Positions 1 through 13,232 of a stretch of 64,000 nucleotides of DNA are shown here, in pieces. The notes under the pieces were generated by a model. The model saw only the letters and a program-made list of their open reading frames with translations. It was not told the DNA's origin and made no database searches. Made by a program: the position numbers and the translations under genes. The DNA is from Curvularia clavata (taxonomy: Eukaryota): contig CP089276.1 of assembly GCA_023920165.1 (NCBI GenBank), positions 3,286,001 to 3,350,000 of the forward strand. Direction: 5' to 3'. How positions within the stretch are numbered: the first letter of the stretch is position 1; each line of letters opens with the position of its first letter.

Positions 1-676
1 GCGGGACAATCCAGGTACGCCGCCATTGACATGCCGCACACTGTATATAAGACGCCGGCTCCCCGTCGCTGTTGTCGAGGCTGACTATCTCTTCAGCTTC
101 GGCTTCGACGCCTCGCCTGTTTGTTTCTTCCGCTTCTTCGCCGTTGCTTTTCCCTGCAGCCTATCAATAGCAAAGTGGGGCCTCTTGTTGCTCAAACACC
201 ACCATAAATACTTCTTGAAGCTATCTACAAAATCTTCCCCCTCCACCTATCGGTCTTGCCTTGATTGTGCCCGGCCGCTAGACAATCTCCGTCCGTACTA
301 CGACCATCTCCGGGTTTCAAGCCAGGGACTGTCGAAAGAGCGGTGGCATTCTGCCCAATTGTCTCTGCAGTTGTTATCCGACCACTGCTTCTCCTACTAG
401 AGGTCAGCTAGCGCCATCGTAGTCAGCCTCAGGCCCCAGAAGAGCGGTGGATCCACCCTTCACGCTCGCTGCTGTGTGACTCTGGCTCAAATACTCGTAC
501 AGGTCCACTAATCTTGTCTTTAGTTTGACTCCGTAGACACGGCCGTGCCTTCCTCTCCCCCCTCTCTTCTCTGCCCCGCCAGCCGTCACACCTTGTCTCA
601 TCATACTTTGGTCGCTTTTGTGCATTGCTACACAAACACCTCACCTCACCTGCTGCTCGTCCACAATTAGCCCACC

Positions 677-3600
677 ATGGCTTCTACACCAGACAGCACC
701 AATGGCCAAGTGCCCCAGCACAAGCACCTCGAGCAGCTCCTCCACTCGGCCGACCGCCGCCCCTCGCCCCTGCCCACACATCTGAGCGTACCAGGCTCAT
801 CAGGTCACTCGACCCCACGAATTCTTCCTCAGGAAGGCTTCGGTGGCTCTGGATATGTCGCCCCCGTCTTCGAGGGCAAGGAGAAGCAGATGGAGGCCGT
901 CATGGACGGCGTCGAGGAGAAGGGCTTCATGCCTCCAGAGCTCGTCGAGTCCGAGACCAAGTGGTTCTACAACGAGCTGGGCATTGACGACATGTACTTT
1001 GCAACTGAGACTGTAGACGCGTAAGAATTGCCGCTTCCAATTCCTTACATTCACAATGCTAAAAATAGCCCCGCAGAATCGTAAACCACATCCACTCGCT
1101 CTATGCCGCAAAGGTCGCCGCCTACGCCAGAGACGACAAGCGTCTTGAGATCCGCCTCGACAAAGAGGCCCCAGACCATGCCGTTTACATCGATACCAGC
1201 AGGCCTGGTGTTTCTGTCATTGACGGCCCACAATACGAGCAGCGCATTGGCAAAAAGTACCTGGCCGTCTCAAAACCGGGACTCGCATACCGTGTCGAGA
1301 GTTTCCGCTCTGAAAGCCCACTTCCAGGCAGTGACGAGCAGCAGCTTCGATGCTACTTCGTCTACCAGTGCGACTTTGTAGACCCCAACCCGAGCGAGAC
1401 CGAGACCAACCTTGAGAAGATTGGTGACAAGCGCTTCTTGCAAAAGGCGACTGCCAACACAAAGGCAATTTACCAGCAGGTTCTCCAGGTCGCTGTCGAG
1501 CGTACTGGACCCGTCATTGACCACTTCGACATTGAGGGCTCACGCGATAAGCGCCTGGTCGTTGGTTTCAAGCGCGGAAGTGCCCTCGGTCTCTTCAGCG
1601 CCCTGAGTGATTTGTACCACTACTATGGTCTGACCACTTCGCGAAAGTACGTTGAGCAGTTCTCCAACGGATACACCGTCATGTCTCTGTACTTGCGCCC
1701 ATTGCCAGGCGCTGCGGGTGCCAAGCACCCTCCTATTGAGGCTTCGATCCACCAGATCACCAAGGAGGTTTCGCTCCTTTACTGTCTCCCACAAAACAAG
1801 TTCCAGACGCTCTTCGCCACAAGCAGGCTCAGTCTGCAAGAAACCATCTACGCACACTGTGTGTGGGTTTTCATCACTCACTTCCTCAACCGCCTGGGAA
1901 GCGAGTACACTGCCTTGTCAGCAATTCTGGACTCTGAGAACAGCGTGCATGCTGAACTCCTGGCCAAGCTGAAGCGAAGGCTACGTGCTGAGACATTCAC
2001 GGCCGATTACATCTACGAGATCATCATGCAATATCCTGATCTCGTCCACACTTTGTACCTGCCCTTTGCAAAGACTCACTACGTTCAGACCCGGGGTCAG
2101 GAAGATGACTTCCTCCCAACTCTGAGTTATCTCCGTCTTCAGGTCGACAAGGTCCAGACTGACGCCGAGTTGACCGACACCATCAACAAGGCCGTGGTCA
2201 ACGACCACCACGAGATGGTCATGACCTCTTTCCGTGTCTTCAACAGCTCCGTTCTCAAGACCAACTTTTACACTCCTACCAAGGTCGCTATCAGCTTCCG
2301 TCTGAACCCTAGCTTCCTCCCGCCTTCTGAGTACCCTCAGCCACTGTACGGAATGTTCCTTGTCATTGGTTCGGAGTTCCGCGGTTTCCACCTGCGATTC
2401 CGCGACATCGCTCGTGGTGGTATCCGTATCGTCAAGTCAAGGAGCCAGGAAGCCTACTCGATCAACGCACGCTCAATGTTTGACGAGAACTACAACCTCG
2501 CAAATACTCAACAGCGAAAGAACAAGGATATTCCTGAGGGTGGATCCAAGGGTGTCGTGCTCCTTGACTTCAAGCACCAGGACAAGGCCCGGGGAGCTTT
2601 CGAGAAGTACATTGACAGTATTCTTGACTTGCTCCTTCCTCCTACTAGTCCCGGTATCAAGGACCCGATTGTCGATTTGCACGGTAAGGAGGAGATCCTG
2701 TTCATGGGTCCTGACGAGAACACGGCTGATCTCGTCGACTGGGCAACTGAGCATGCTCGTATTCGAGGCGCGCCATGGTGGAAGTCCTTCTTCACTGGAA
2801 AGAGCCCCAAGTTGGGCGGTATTCCCCACGACCGCTACGGCATGACGACCTTGTCCGTACGCGAGTACGTCAAAGGAATTTACCGCAAGCTCAACCTGGA
2901 CCCCAGCAAGATTCGCAAGATGCAGACTGGTGGTCCCGATGGTGACCTTGGATCAAACGAGATCCTTCTCAGCAACGAAAAGTACATTGCTATCGTTGAT
3001 GGCTCAGGTGTTCTAGTCGATCAAAACGGCATCAACCACGAGGAACTGCTACGCCTGGCCAAGGAGCGTAAGATGATCAACCACTTCGACGTGTCGAAAC
3101 TCTCGTCCGAGGGTTACCGTGTGTTGGTTGACGATACCAATGTGCGACTACCAAATGGAGATCTTGTGTACAATGGTACCACCTTCCGCAATACCTTCCA
3201 TCTGCGCAGCGATATGCACTACGACACCTTCGTCCCCTGCGGTGGTCGACCCGAGTCTATTGATCTGTCTACAGCCAACAAGCTCATTGTTGACGGCAAG
3301 TCGGTCATCCCCTACATCGTCGAGGGTGCCAACTTGTTCATCACCCAGGACGCCAAGCTACGTCTCGAGAAGGCTGGTTGCATCCTGTACAAGGATGCTT
3401 CAGCTAACAAGGGTGGTGTCACTTCGTCCTCGCTCGAGGTCCTTGCATCCCTGTCATTTGATGACGAAGGCTTCATCAAGCACATGTGTGTTGGAGAGGA
3501 TGGCCAAGCTCCTGAATTCTACAACAACTACGTGCGTGAAGTCCAGAAGACTATTCAGAACAATGCCCGCCTCGAATTCGAGGCCATCTGGAGAGAGCAC

Positions 3601-3976
3601 CAGGCCACCGGCCAGCCCAGGAGTGTTCTGAGCGATACCCTCAGTAACGCCATCACCAAGCTGGACGAGGAGATGCAGAACACAGATCTGTGGAAGGACA
3701 TTCAATTTAGGGAGTCTATTTTGAAGGAAGCTCTGCCCAACATCCTGCTTGAGAAGATTGGTCTTGACAAGATCATGGAGAGGGTAAGTCGCTTAAAACA
3801 TGCAATTGAGGCAGAAACTAACAAACACATAGGTACCGGACAACTATCTACGTGCCATCTTCGGCAGCTATCTTGCCAGCCGCTTCGTTTACGAGTATGG
3901 CCCATCGGCTAGTCAATTCGCCTTCTTTGACTTTATGAGCAAGCGTATCGCAAAGGGCAGCACCGCTGCTCACTAA
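677..3976 (+). CDS. GDH2: NAD-specific glutamate dehydrogenase (large fungal form); exons 677-1020, 1077-3783, 3833-3976
   Basis: GGIRIV, KNKDIPEGGSKG, MGPDENTA, GGPDGDLGSNE and NKGGV motifs; two GT-AG introns restore the frame (gtaaga..cag, gtaagt..tag). Confidence 0.95.
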
Positions 3977-4457
3977 AATCAATCTTTTTTTTTCGTGGAC
4001 ATATGAGCATGGTGCTCTTAAACAGGCGTTTGGTTTAGATAGAAAAAGTTCTTTTTGATTAAAGGCTGGGTTTATAGGTAGTAAGATCCTGTGACCATCT
4101 ATGGCGCTTGGGAAACCCACTGGTGTGGGGCACTGGCTATGGGCAGCTGGTTTTGGCTGTACCGGTTGAGAGAAGTAGATGAACGAATGTGAATCATTTG
4201 AAGTTATAGCCATTATCTCTTAGTTGTTGGGGTATTAGATTGTGTGCATACGTCGTTGTGAGATATTGATATCCTGTCTTACGTCTGTAGCATAATCGTA
4301 GCAGACGTGCATTAACTATATCTAAAAAGAAAATGTGACCCAAATACCCAGGGTCGAAGCTGCATTGACGTCTCCCGGCGACAACAGGGTAGCATTGAAC
4401 TATATGCATCTTGGTATCCTCTTGACAAAAACAAACAAACAAGCAAACCCGACCCAC

Positions 4458-6843
4458 TCATCCCTCACTTCTCACTACACCCGCACTCGTCCTAATATCA
4501 AACTCAACCCACCTTGCCCTCCCTTCTCTCCTGCCCCTCCTCCCGCCACTCTCATCCAAACTCCCCGGATTCATCACCGTGCAGCCAAAGTATTTTACCA
4601 CAAATGGTGGTGCCTCAGCATCTGCAAGCACCACGCTATTCGGAAGCGGGTACAATCCGAGTGCGTGCGCGAAATCCCAATGCAGAGGGCGAGCGGAGAG
4701 TGGGTAAGGGCTGAGATGTGACTGTGAGAGAATGGTTCGAGTAAGGGCGCGGGCGGTTTGGGTATCTGGGTCGACTTCTGGTTGTTGCTGTTGTTGTTGT
4801 TGGCGTTGAGGGGGATGTTGAAGATCCAAGTCCATTGAATCTTGCTGTTCTTGTTCTCTAGCTTGATGACTTGGTGCGAAGGGCATTTCGTCGTCAGCGT
4901 CCGGAGGCGGCTTGTTGAATCTGATTGAGTTTCTCTGCAGACGGCCAAGTAGGTCGTCTCGCAGGATGGCCATTTCGCCTTTTACGCCAAACCAGGTGAG
5001 GCGCGAGGGGTTGGAGGTCCAGATTACTTCTCCTTCCTTTCCTTTGGCTTTGCCGGGCCCCCAGATCTCGCGGTTCGCTTCGGCTACGACTTTTCTGATC
5101 CGGCTGGTGAACATGGTGGGGACAGGTTTTCGGGGTAGGGGTGTAGCGGCGCCGGCGGAGAAGGCACTGGGCCAAGCGTCGTTGTCGCCAGGGACAAGGA
5201 CGAGAGTTGTGTGGGCTATGAGGGGCTGGAAGTCTGCGAGCACAGAGGCGAGAGCGTCAAAATGCTCTTTGTATTCTATGCTTCCGGTGCCGGGTATGCC
5301 AGCTAGACTGGCTTTTGAGCTGAAGTTTCCCATCAGAATAATGGCAAGTGGGTAGACGGGATGGGCGTCCGTCGGATCAGGTGTGTATGTTCGTAACAGT
5401 GTACGAAGGGCAGACAACGTAGACGGAACGTCCAAATGCAGATCTGATGCTATCACAATGTTGTGAGACTGTTCAGGATCGAGGAGTTTCGACGCAATCT
5501 TGTTCATGCGCGAACCAGTTCCGCGCTGGGAGCCGACGCCCAAGAAATCAGTCCAGCCGAACGCTGGGCCGGCCAGACTGTTCTTGTCAACCTCTTCCGC
5601 GCCGCCTAATGTCGCTGTTCGTCGTTCGCAAGGAGGATGGCCGACTGAAAAGCAAAGAAACTTCCCGCCTATCGTGCCGCCAATACCACCACTGCCTCCC
5701 AGTGATGAGCCTGCTCCTGAGTCTTCTTCGTAGCTACCTTCAACCAGTACAATCATACCTGGTGCAAAGTAAGCGCCTTTTTCAGGTATTGGCCGCGCAT
5801 GCTCAATATCAAGCGCGATTGTTCCCGTAAGATCGGAGAGCGAGAGCGCTCCAGTTGCTGAGACTGTGAGCATGCCCAGTAACAGATGAGTGCTTCCAGA
5901 TCGTCCAAGCAAGTTCGCAATGGGCGTGATTGTGTTCATTTGCGACGTTGCAATGGATCCCGTCCGGCTCAGAGTAGCTGACCTAGCTGTGCTGAAAGAA
6001 GGCGCCTGAAAGGTCTCATTGCGGAGTATGCGTTGATGTACAATATGATACCGCTGGCGAAAGAGTTCAGTTTTGTGCGAGGGATCTGGGAATAACGATG
6101 GTTTTGCGGCGGATCTAGCATGATTAGCGGAGGCCCTGAACATATTCGACATGAACTCACTTCTCAAAATGTTTCTGAGTAGCATTGTAGATTAGTTTGG
6201 GCTGCTCAAAAGCGCCAATGACTCTCATCCATTCTCGAGGATCTTTGAGCATATCCTCTTCATCGTCCTTGTCTTCCACCTCTAAGCTTGATATGCCAAA
6301 ACTTGAATTGCTGTCCAAGTTTCCGCGTGCGGACTGGCCGGCTACCTCTGGGCCAAAGTTGAAGCTGCTCTGGCGCCCTAATGTTGAACCTTGGACAATT
6401 CTCCCACCACTCATGGACCCTTCTAGTGTCTTAAGTATGCTCTTCAGCGTCTCATTATCTCCCTCCACAATGACCTGGCCGCCGCATTTCTTCCAGCTCT
6501 TTGCAACTTCCTCCAGGACCTTCTCCGCTAAGCCCTCCTCTCGCCATCCTGAACCGCAATGTTTTCCAATAAACGTGGCTAGAGCCTGAAGAGCGGAAGA
6601 TGTGAGGGTGAGGTTATGCTTCTTGGTGAATGTCCGGAACGCTAGTGGTCGCAGTGTCGCTGGTGGTAATAGTATAGGAAGAACAGTCGACTTTGCAACG
6701 GGCTTGAGGGCTGGCGGGGCGCGTATTGGGGCTGTTCTGCGGGGATTGATAGGGTGCACTGGTGTTCCAAACGCAGGTGATGAAGATGGAATGGCATCCG
6801 AAGGTACCGCGGATGGTTTGTCTGGTCTTCTTGCTGTTGTCAT
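4458..6843 (-). CDS. DPB2: DNA polymerase epsilon subunit B; exons 6843-6161, 6114-4458
   Basis: LRPLAFRTFTKKHNL N-terminus, SDLHLD and VPGDND phosphoesterase-like core, NPSRL; intron 6160-6115 joins ORFs 6157-6843 and 4458-6185. Confidence 0.93.
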
Positions 6844-6915
6844 ATTTGTGTGGTGTTCGTAAAAGTGAGGGTATGTTATTTGGACACTGGTGTAGTCGGT
6901 CTACGATTCCACTTT

Positions 6916-6943
6916 ACGCGCGACGCGGTCGCGCTTTCGCGCT
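6916..6943. promoter_or_regulatory. cluster of MCB/SCB-like CGCG elements in the 250-bp divergent DPB2/NASP promoter
   Basis: ACGCG at 6916 and 6923, TCGCGC, and TTTCGCG (CGCGAAA on the minus strand) within 28 bp. Confidence 0.6.
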
Positions 6944-7093
6944 AAAAACAGCCCGCTTTTCCTAGCAACCACCAACCATTACACCTAAACACAACATTCA
7001 ACATCTTCGCGCTTCATACTGTAACTGCGCATTATCAGTTCTGCAGTCGCATAAATCACAGAAATATCACGAGCTTTCTGAAACTCGCCTATC

Positions 7094-8455
7094 ATGGCTG
7101 ATCCTGCAACTGAGCCGCTTGCGACCGTCACCGAGATCGAAGACACTCCCAAGACCAAAGAGAAGCTTTCAGAGCTGTCGCAAGCTGCCTCTATCCACTA
7201 CTCTACCAAGAACTTCCCGGCCGCCGCTGAGAGTTATGCGAATGCTGTCGAACTCCAAGCTGAGCTCAATGGCGAGATGGCACCAGAAAATGCCGAACTG
7301 CTCTTCTACTATGGGCGTGCACTGTACAAAGTCGCAGTTGCCAAGAGCGACGTGCTAGGCAACAAGGTCGCACAAGAAGAGAAGAAGAACAAGCAGTCGA
7401 AGCCGAAGAAGGCTGCCAAGACAGAGACAGGCGAAGGTTCAAGCGCTGCAAAGAGTGAACCGAAGACAGAGTCGATAGCGAACAAGCCATATTTCCAGCT
7501 GACTGGTGACGAGAACTGGACCGACTCGGAAGACGAAGACGAAGAAGAGCAGGACGGCGAGCAGGAAGAGGATGATGACGACTTTGGCAATGCATACGAG
7601 ATCTTTGAGCTAGCTCGCGTTCTCTATGAAAAACAATTGCATGCGCTACAAGAGGGTGAATCTGCAGACAAGGGCAAGGGCAAGGCGGAGTTGAGCCCTC
7701 GTGAGCGCGTCATAAAGGAGAGGATTGCCGACTGCCACGGTTTCCTCGTCGAGATCTCGCTTGAGAATGAACGCTTCCATGATGCTGTAGCGGACGCCCG
7801 CAAGTCGCTTGCACTACAAGAGGAGCTCTACCCCTTCGAACACGAAAACGTCACAGAAGCCCACTATTCGCTTTCACTGGCGCTCGAATTCGCATCGGTT
7901 TCCAAAGTTCGCGAAGATCAAACGGGACAATCGACAGATGAGCCCGTTGAGACAGAGCAAGGCAAGGTAGATGAGGAAGGCGTCAACTGGGACTTGCGGA
8001 AAGAAGCTGCTGAGCAGACCGATCTCGCCATCCAGAGTTTGGAGGCGCGGTTAAAGAAGGAAGAAGCTGCGCTCGATTCTGACAAGCTGAAGCCAGAGCA
8101 GAAGAAGGAGAAGCAAGCCATCATCGCTGATAAAAAGGGCATGTTGGAAGACCTCAAGACTCGTCTCGTAGATCTTAAGTCGGATCCTACCAAACAGCAA
8201 TTCGACAGCATTGACTCGTCCGTCTTTCAGGGTCTGTTGGGTGGCATGTTGGGCGCTGATGCAGCGACTCAGAAAGCAAAGCTTGCTGAAGCAGCCAAGA
8301 ATGCAAACGATGTCTCAGGTATGGTCAAGAAGAAGGCAAAGGCACCCGCACCTGCACCGGCGGCGTCAAAAGATGCTGGCAGTAGCAAGAGAAAACTGGA
8401 GGTTGACGATGGTGGTGCGGATGAAAAGAGGGCTAAGACTGAGGAGCCATTATAG
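7094..8455 (+). CDS. NASP/Sim3/Hif1-family histone chaperone (SHNi-TPR)
   Basis: TPR interrupted by an acidic tract (LFYYGRALY..EDEDEEE..DFGNAYEIFELAR), EISLENERF motif, basic C-terminal NLS-like region. Confidence 0.88.
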   Translation: MADPATEPLATVTEIEDTPKTKEKLSELSQAASIHYSTKNFPAAAESYANAVELQAELNGEMAPENAELLFYYGRALYKVAVAKSDVLGNKVAQEEKKNKQSKPKKAAKTETGEGSSAAKSEPKTESIANKPYFQLTGDENWTDSEDEDEEEQDGEQEEDDDDFGNAYEIFELARVLYEKQLHALQEGESADKGKGKAELSPRERVIKERIADCHGFLVEISLENERFHDAVADARKSLALQEELYPFEHENVTEAHYSLSLALEFASVSKVREDQTGQSTDEPVETEQGKVDEEGVNWDLRKEAAEQTDLAIQSLEARLKKEEAALDSDKLKPEQKKEKQAIIADKKGMLEDLKTRLVDLKSDPTKQQFDSIDSSVFQGLLGGMLGADAATQKAKLAEAAKNANDVSGMVKKKAKAPAPAPAASKDAGSSKRKLEVDDGGADEKRAKTEEPL

Positions 8456-8637
8456 ACACTCTTCTCTAGAGTGTTATGTTGCCATTTGTCGATGAGGCGT
8501 ATTGGATGGTCATGAGTGTCTAGCGTTATGAAAGAGGAATGCAAGCTTCTAAATCACAATTCGCAAAGCAAAAGAATACTCCAAACACCACAAAAGATGC
8601 AAATAACACCGTTTTAACAATTCTAGGTCACCCAAAA

Positions 8638-9613
8638 CTATAGCTTCGCCTCAGTTGGAGTCTTTCTCTTGAATCCCGTCAGAACGGCACCACCATCAAT
8701 CTCGATAGCATTGCCAGTCATGTGCGCGCTTCCCGCACTGCTCAGGAACAGCACCAACCCTGCGAAGTCGCTAGGCTTGCCAATCCTGCCTGTTGGCTGA
8801 CCCGATGCCAGGGAATCGCCGTACTTCTCCAGACCAAAGTTTGTCATTCGCGAAGGGAAAACACCAGGGCAGATGGCATTGCACATGATATTCTTGGGTG
8901 CGAGTTTCGAAGCCTGCATCTTGGTAAGGTGGATGCATGCCGCCTTTGCGGGACCATCTACAACGTATATTATCAGTCTCATATATACCAGAAACCTATA
9001 TAGCCGCGGCTTCATGCAACTCGAAGGTGGAGAAAAAAGGACAAAACTTACATGAAAATGTTCCGGTGCCCGGTTTGCTCAGTCCACCGCTTTCGTCTGT
9101 CGTCACGTCAAAGGTACCAATCCCGGCCATACTAGCGATATTGATAACCCTGCCTGGCGTATCCGCGTTCGCACCCTTGAGCAGCAGCGGCTCCAGCCCC
9201 ACCGTCATATAAAAGATGCTCTTAACATTAAGCGCATACAACTTATCCCAGGCATGCTCTGGATAATTGTAATAATCGTCGCCCCAGCTGGCGCCCGAGT
9301 TATTTACCAGCACCGTCAGGCGATCTGTTCGCTTCTTCATCTCATCACAGAGGGCCAGACAGCCGGCCTTGTCCTTGAGGTCGGCGACAATGTAGTCGCA
9401 TTTTCCGGGGCCGAGGGCATTGAGGCGCGCCGTGGTGCGCGAGAGCTCGGATTCTTTGCGTGAGGCGATGAAGACGTGAGCACCGTTTTGGACAAAGGCT
9501 TGCGCGGCCATTTCACCGAGGCCTGTGGCACCACCGGTTACGAGAACGACATGAGAGCGGAAGTCGAAGAGGGTGCTGACGCGTAAGTCATCTTTGGAGG
9601 CGGCGTGGGTCAT
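8638..9613 (-). CDS. short-chain dehydrogenase/reductase (RhlG-like) with PTS1; exons 9613-9052, 8957-8638
   Basis: TGGATGLG, NNSG, catalytic YGPAK formed across the intron, DGG; C-terminal -AKL. Confidence 0.9.
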
Positions 9614-10512
9614 TGTTGCGATAGGTGAATTGGACGGGGAAAACGAAGTAGCAAGGTGTCTAGTTCAGCGGGACTGAAAGTAGGTCCTTCAAGTAGGAAG
9701 ATCTAAGTCAAGACGGGAAGGGGCGACGTTTGATCCTACCATGATGGAGCTCGCTATCGGCTCAACCGCTGTGGAGAGCTGGGAGGAACCTCGGCTTCTC
9801 TAGAGGCGTTTTTGCGGGGAGCTTTTAACCGCCGAATCCTTCGGAGCTCGACTGCAGCTGCAATGCTCCACTCCGACACGTCGACCAAGAAAGGTGGGCT
9901 GGAACTTCAACAAAGCTGTCATGAGTTGTAGTTAGGTTTGGTTGCCGGTTCTTTTGAGTAACGTAGTAAATCACATCCAAGTACCTTGTAACTGGGTATC
10001 TTGTAGTCCTAAACGAATGTTAATCCTCATTGGATGAGATCTTCCGTTGTGAAGAATTTCAACTTAAACCAAAGCGCGACATGACTCGTTTATGCACGTT
10101 TCGGAGGTATTGGAGGTTTTCAATTGGTCTTTTTTGCGTGCATCTGTAAAGGAATGTTTCTCGGTAACGTAGTGTATTTGGTATGAGACGAGCTTCGTCA
10201 TGCTGCTCCAAGTTCTATCGGTAATTTCAACGGAATTTCGTGGCAAGTTTAATATACAAGTATGTGTAATGATTTGTTCCTCATACAGTGTTACCCGTTC
10301 GAGTGGGCCGTTTTCAGACAGCGGGACCCGAGAACGATGATTGTCGCTAGGAGGTGGGAGTGTAGGAGATTGGCAACAGGGGCGGGGTTGGCCAAGCGCT
10401 AACACCTCGTTCAGTCAGCAAACAAGTGCAATAACTATGTATCCATCCAACCAGGACTACTCCGTACTTTCTGTGTGGAAGTTCAACACTTCATTTCCCC
10501 TGTCACTTCTTC

Positions 10513-11751
10513 ATGAATATATACAGCCATACTGGCTGTTCATGTCGTTCCTCCAGGCCCTGAAACCGGACCGATCGACTGGAGTCTCCGTGCAAACAAC
10601 CTTGGGGAAATATTGATTCCGTTTGCACGTTATGTCAAGCCCAATCCCCTGCACCGCACACATGGAGATTTCCCAGCGTTCACCAAGTTACCTGCTGAGC
10701 TACAGTTCCACATACTCCGTTTCTGTGATAGCACAACTCTCCTCCAACTCATGCAGACCTCGACTGCGTTTCGCCACAAAGCAAAGATAAGCTTTTTTGG
10801 TCGGACCCAGATGCTTGGTACTGGGTTGATGCCAACTGGCTAATTAGGGGAGAGTTTTCAGGGGAGGCTCATTCTGCCACGGATTTCATACACCAGGTCC
10901 AGCAGATCGAACTTAGCTTCGAAGATATGAAGGCTTCTCTGCAACAGACAGTAGCGATGTTGATGAAAAACAGGCTCAATATCGTACTCGCCGGATACGC
11001 TGGTTTGTTACATCTTACCAGAGACATTTCCCAAAGCAACGTGTGTGGTTATGAGCGACGAAACGACACGAGCAGCTGGATCAATGTCGCTTAGCAATAT
11101 CCAAAGAACGGAGGGCAACACAAGCGTCATAGACTTATACGTGTTTATTGTGACTTTAGATGATACCAACATGAACCTGGCTACAAGGAGCCCAATTCAC
11201 TTCAATGCTTTGGACGGGCACCAGGACGTTGCGGGATCTCTGTGGGTACGACAATCAATCATTGTGCCACCGAAATCGTGGCGAGGACCAGCCGGCAGAT
11301 ACGCGGAGGTACTATATCATGACCAGCAACATCTGAAGAAAGGGTGTATTTGAGTGTGCTGATAATTCAAGCGATTGAGAGAGATTGCTTTGGTGAGCAA
11401 GGTCAGGTATTTCCCTGTCCACAGCGCGATCCTATGTGCGGAGTGCAATTTGCGAATGGAAGAGAATGGGCAGTGCATGCTGTAAAAACGTGGCATTATA
11501 TGGATGCAGAAATGCCTGCGCTGTACAAGAATGAGATTGTCAAACAGCAGAAGGATAACCCTTTCAAAACGCTGGCTCAAAGATACCAAAGGCCAAACGA
11601 CCAGGAAAGAGAAGCACATAAGCAGGGGATCCTGAACCAATTAGATCGGGATCCAGACTATGTCCAAGGCCGACGGCTTGAAGCGAACGATATATGGATT
11701 CTGTATTTGGAGATTACATCCGAATATATTCGTCCTCAGGTACCGTTATGA
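10513..11751 (+). pseudogene. frameshifted F-box-like / C2H2-type zinc-finger gene remnant
   Basis: FTKLPAELQFHILRFCD F-box-like motif; continues in another frame as KLFWSDPDAWYWVDANWL; C-terminal CPQRDPMCGVQF..HAVKTWH; several frame changes without splice signals. Confidence 0.6.
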
Positions 11752-13232
11752 AGCAGGACTGCGGCGCTTCTAAGACGACAAAATGGGATGTTGCTAAAGT
11801 TTCAGAGTCCTTACGCACTGCTTTCAACCGTGTTGATTCAATGTTTCTGAGCAGACATTAGTTCAACCTTTAGGCGATACTTACTATCAGCAGACCAACA
11901 GAATACGTGACGTCATTGCTTGCTCCGCCTTCACACTTGCCATATCAGGAGATTTTCTCCATGAACGACGGGAAGTGGCTTAATTGTGGGGCGGAAACGA
12001 GATGGCGGAGGGTCGGACTTAGCACCATGATCGTTTTGTCCTCTGCCTTCGTCCACCAAGAACTCGTCGACTTTTGCTCCGGCTTATCTGGCAATATCAG
12101 ACCACCTTGTGGCGGTGAAATCGCTGATAGGAGGGATTGCACTTGAACTAGCTATCTTACATGGTTTGGAGTGTTTCGAATTGAGCTGCGGATGATCATC
12201 GGAGAGCTTGGTGCCAGTGCGTCCTAAATCGAAGCGTCATCTGTCAAAAACGGCCCGTTCGGAACATTATGCAAACGGACAGAGTAGCGAACGGATGACT
12301 TGTGGGTCTTGTCTATGTATATATGACCACGTGTGGCCGCATGAGATGGATCTGCCACGATTTACTAAAGAAAAGTAGGCACGATGTGAGTAGGATCTCC
12401 TGGGATGAAGCTTGGTATCGGGATACATGGACTTGCAACTGTGGCATGGACCATCGTATCTCAAAACCTGGGTCACGACATCTAGTGCGGCTCGGGACGA
12501 GGAAGATTACCAATACCCTGGATCAACGGCTTCTGGTGCTTCTCCTGCACTCATCCCACTTAGAATTCGAGGTTTCACAACAAGGTTCACGTACCTACAT
12601 ACGCATGTGCATCTTTTTCCTACGCTACGGATTGCCGAAAGCATTTCCGTCATGTCAGCACTTACAGGGCGTCTCATGCAGCCCTAATGCTGATCCATGT
12701 ACATGCGTTGCTGCACCTGCCAAAAATACACGGCGCGTCATAGGACCATGGCCAAGGTACCTTGATCAGGTCGAGCCTTTTTGTCCGTTGCACCCATGCG
12801 ACAGGATGCCTGGTGCTATATGGGATGAATATCAGTGGTATGTATGAGGCGGTGCAACCATTCCGCCGAGGAGAGAGGATTGCAAAGCGGCTAGCGGCCA
12901 GACCCCTCTGGTTTTAAAGCACGCCCCTAAGGTTTGTGCATGCGGGACAGCCTAGAAGCGGCTGCTGACCCCGTGATTGACCATTGGTAGACGCGGCTGG
13001 CACGAAACGCGTGTTAGCTTATAGCCAACATCTATAGCGGCCGTGGCTGCAATGGGTGCTGGCCTCTACTATCCCCACTCCCTTCTTGAGCTCATCCGCC
13101 CCCACGCCCTTATATGGTCCTCCACCCTAATCCCACCATTGTCCAAGCCAGAACAAGACCTGGCATTGTCGACCATTCTCCCCTTCTGTTCCCGAGACCT
13201 ACGTGGAGGTAATACCGCTCCACCCCACGAGC

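Noticed and set aside
4780..4802. (GTT)n microsatellite
   Set aside because: Ordinary poly-Gln tract in a DPB2 loop.
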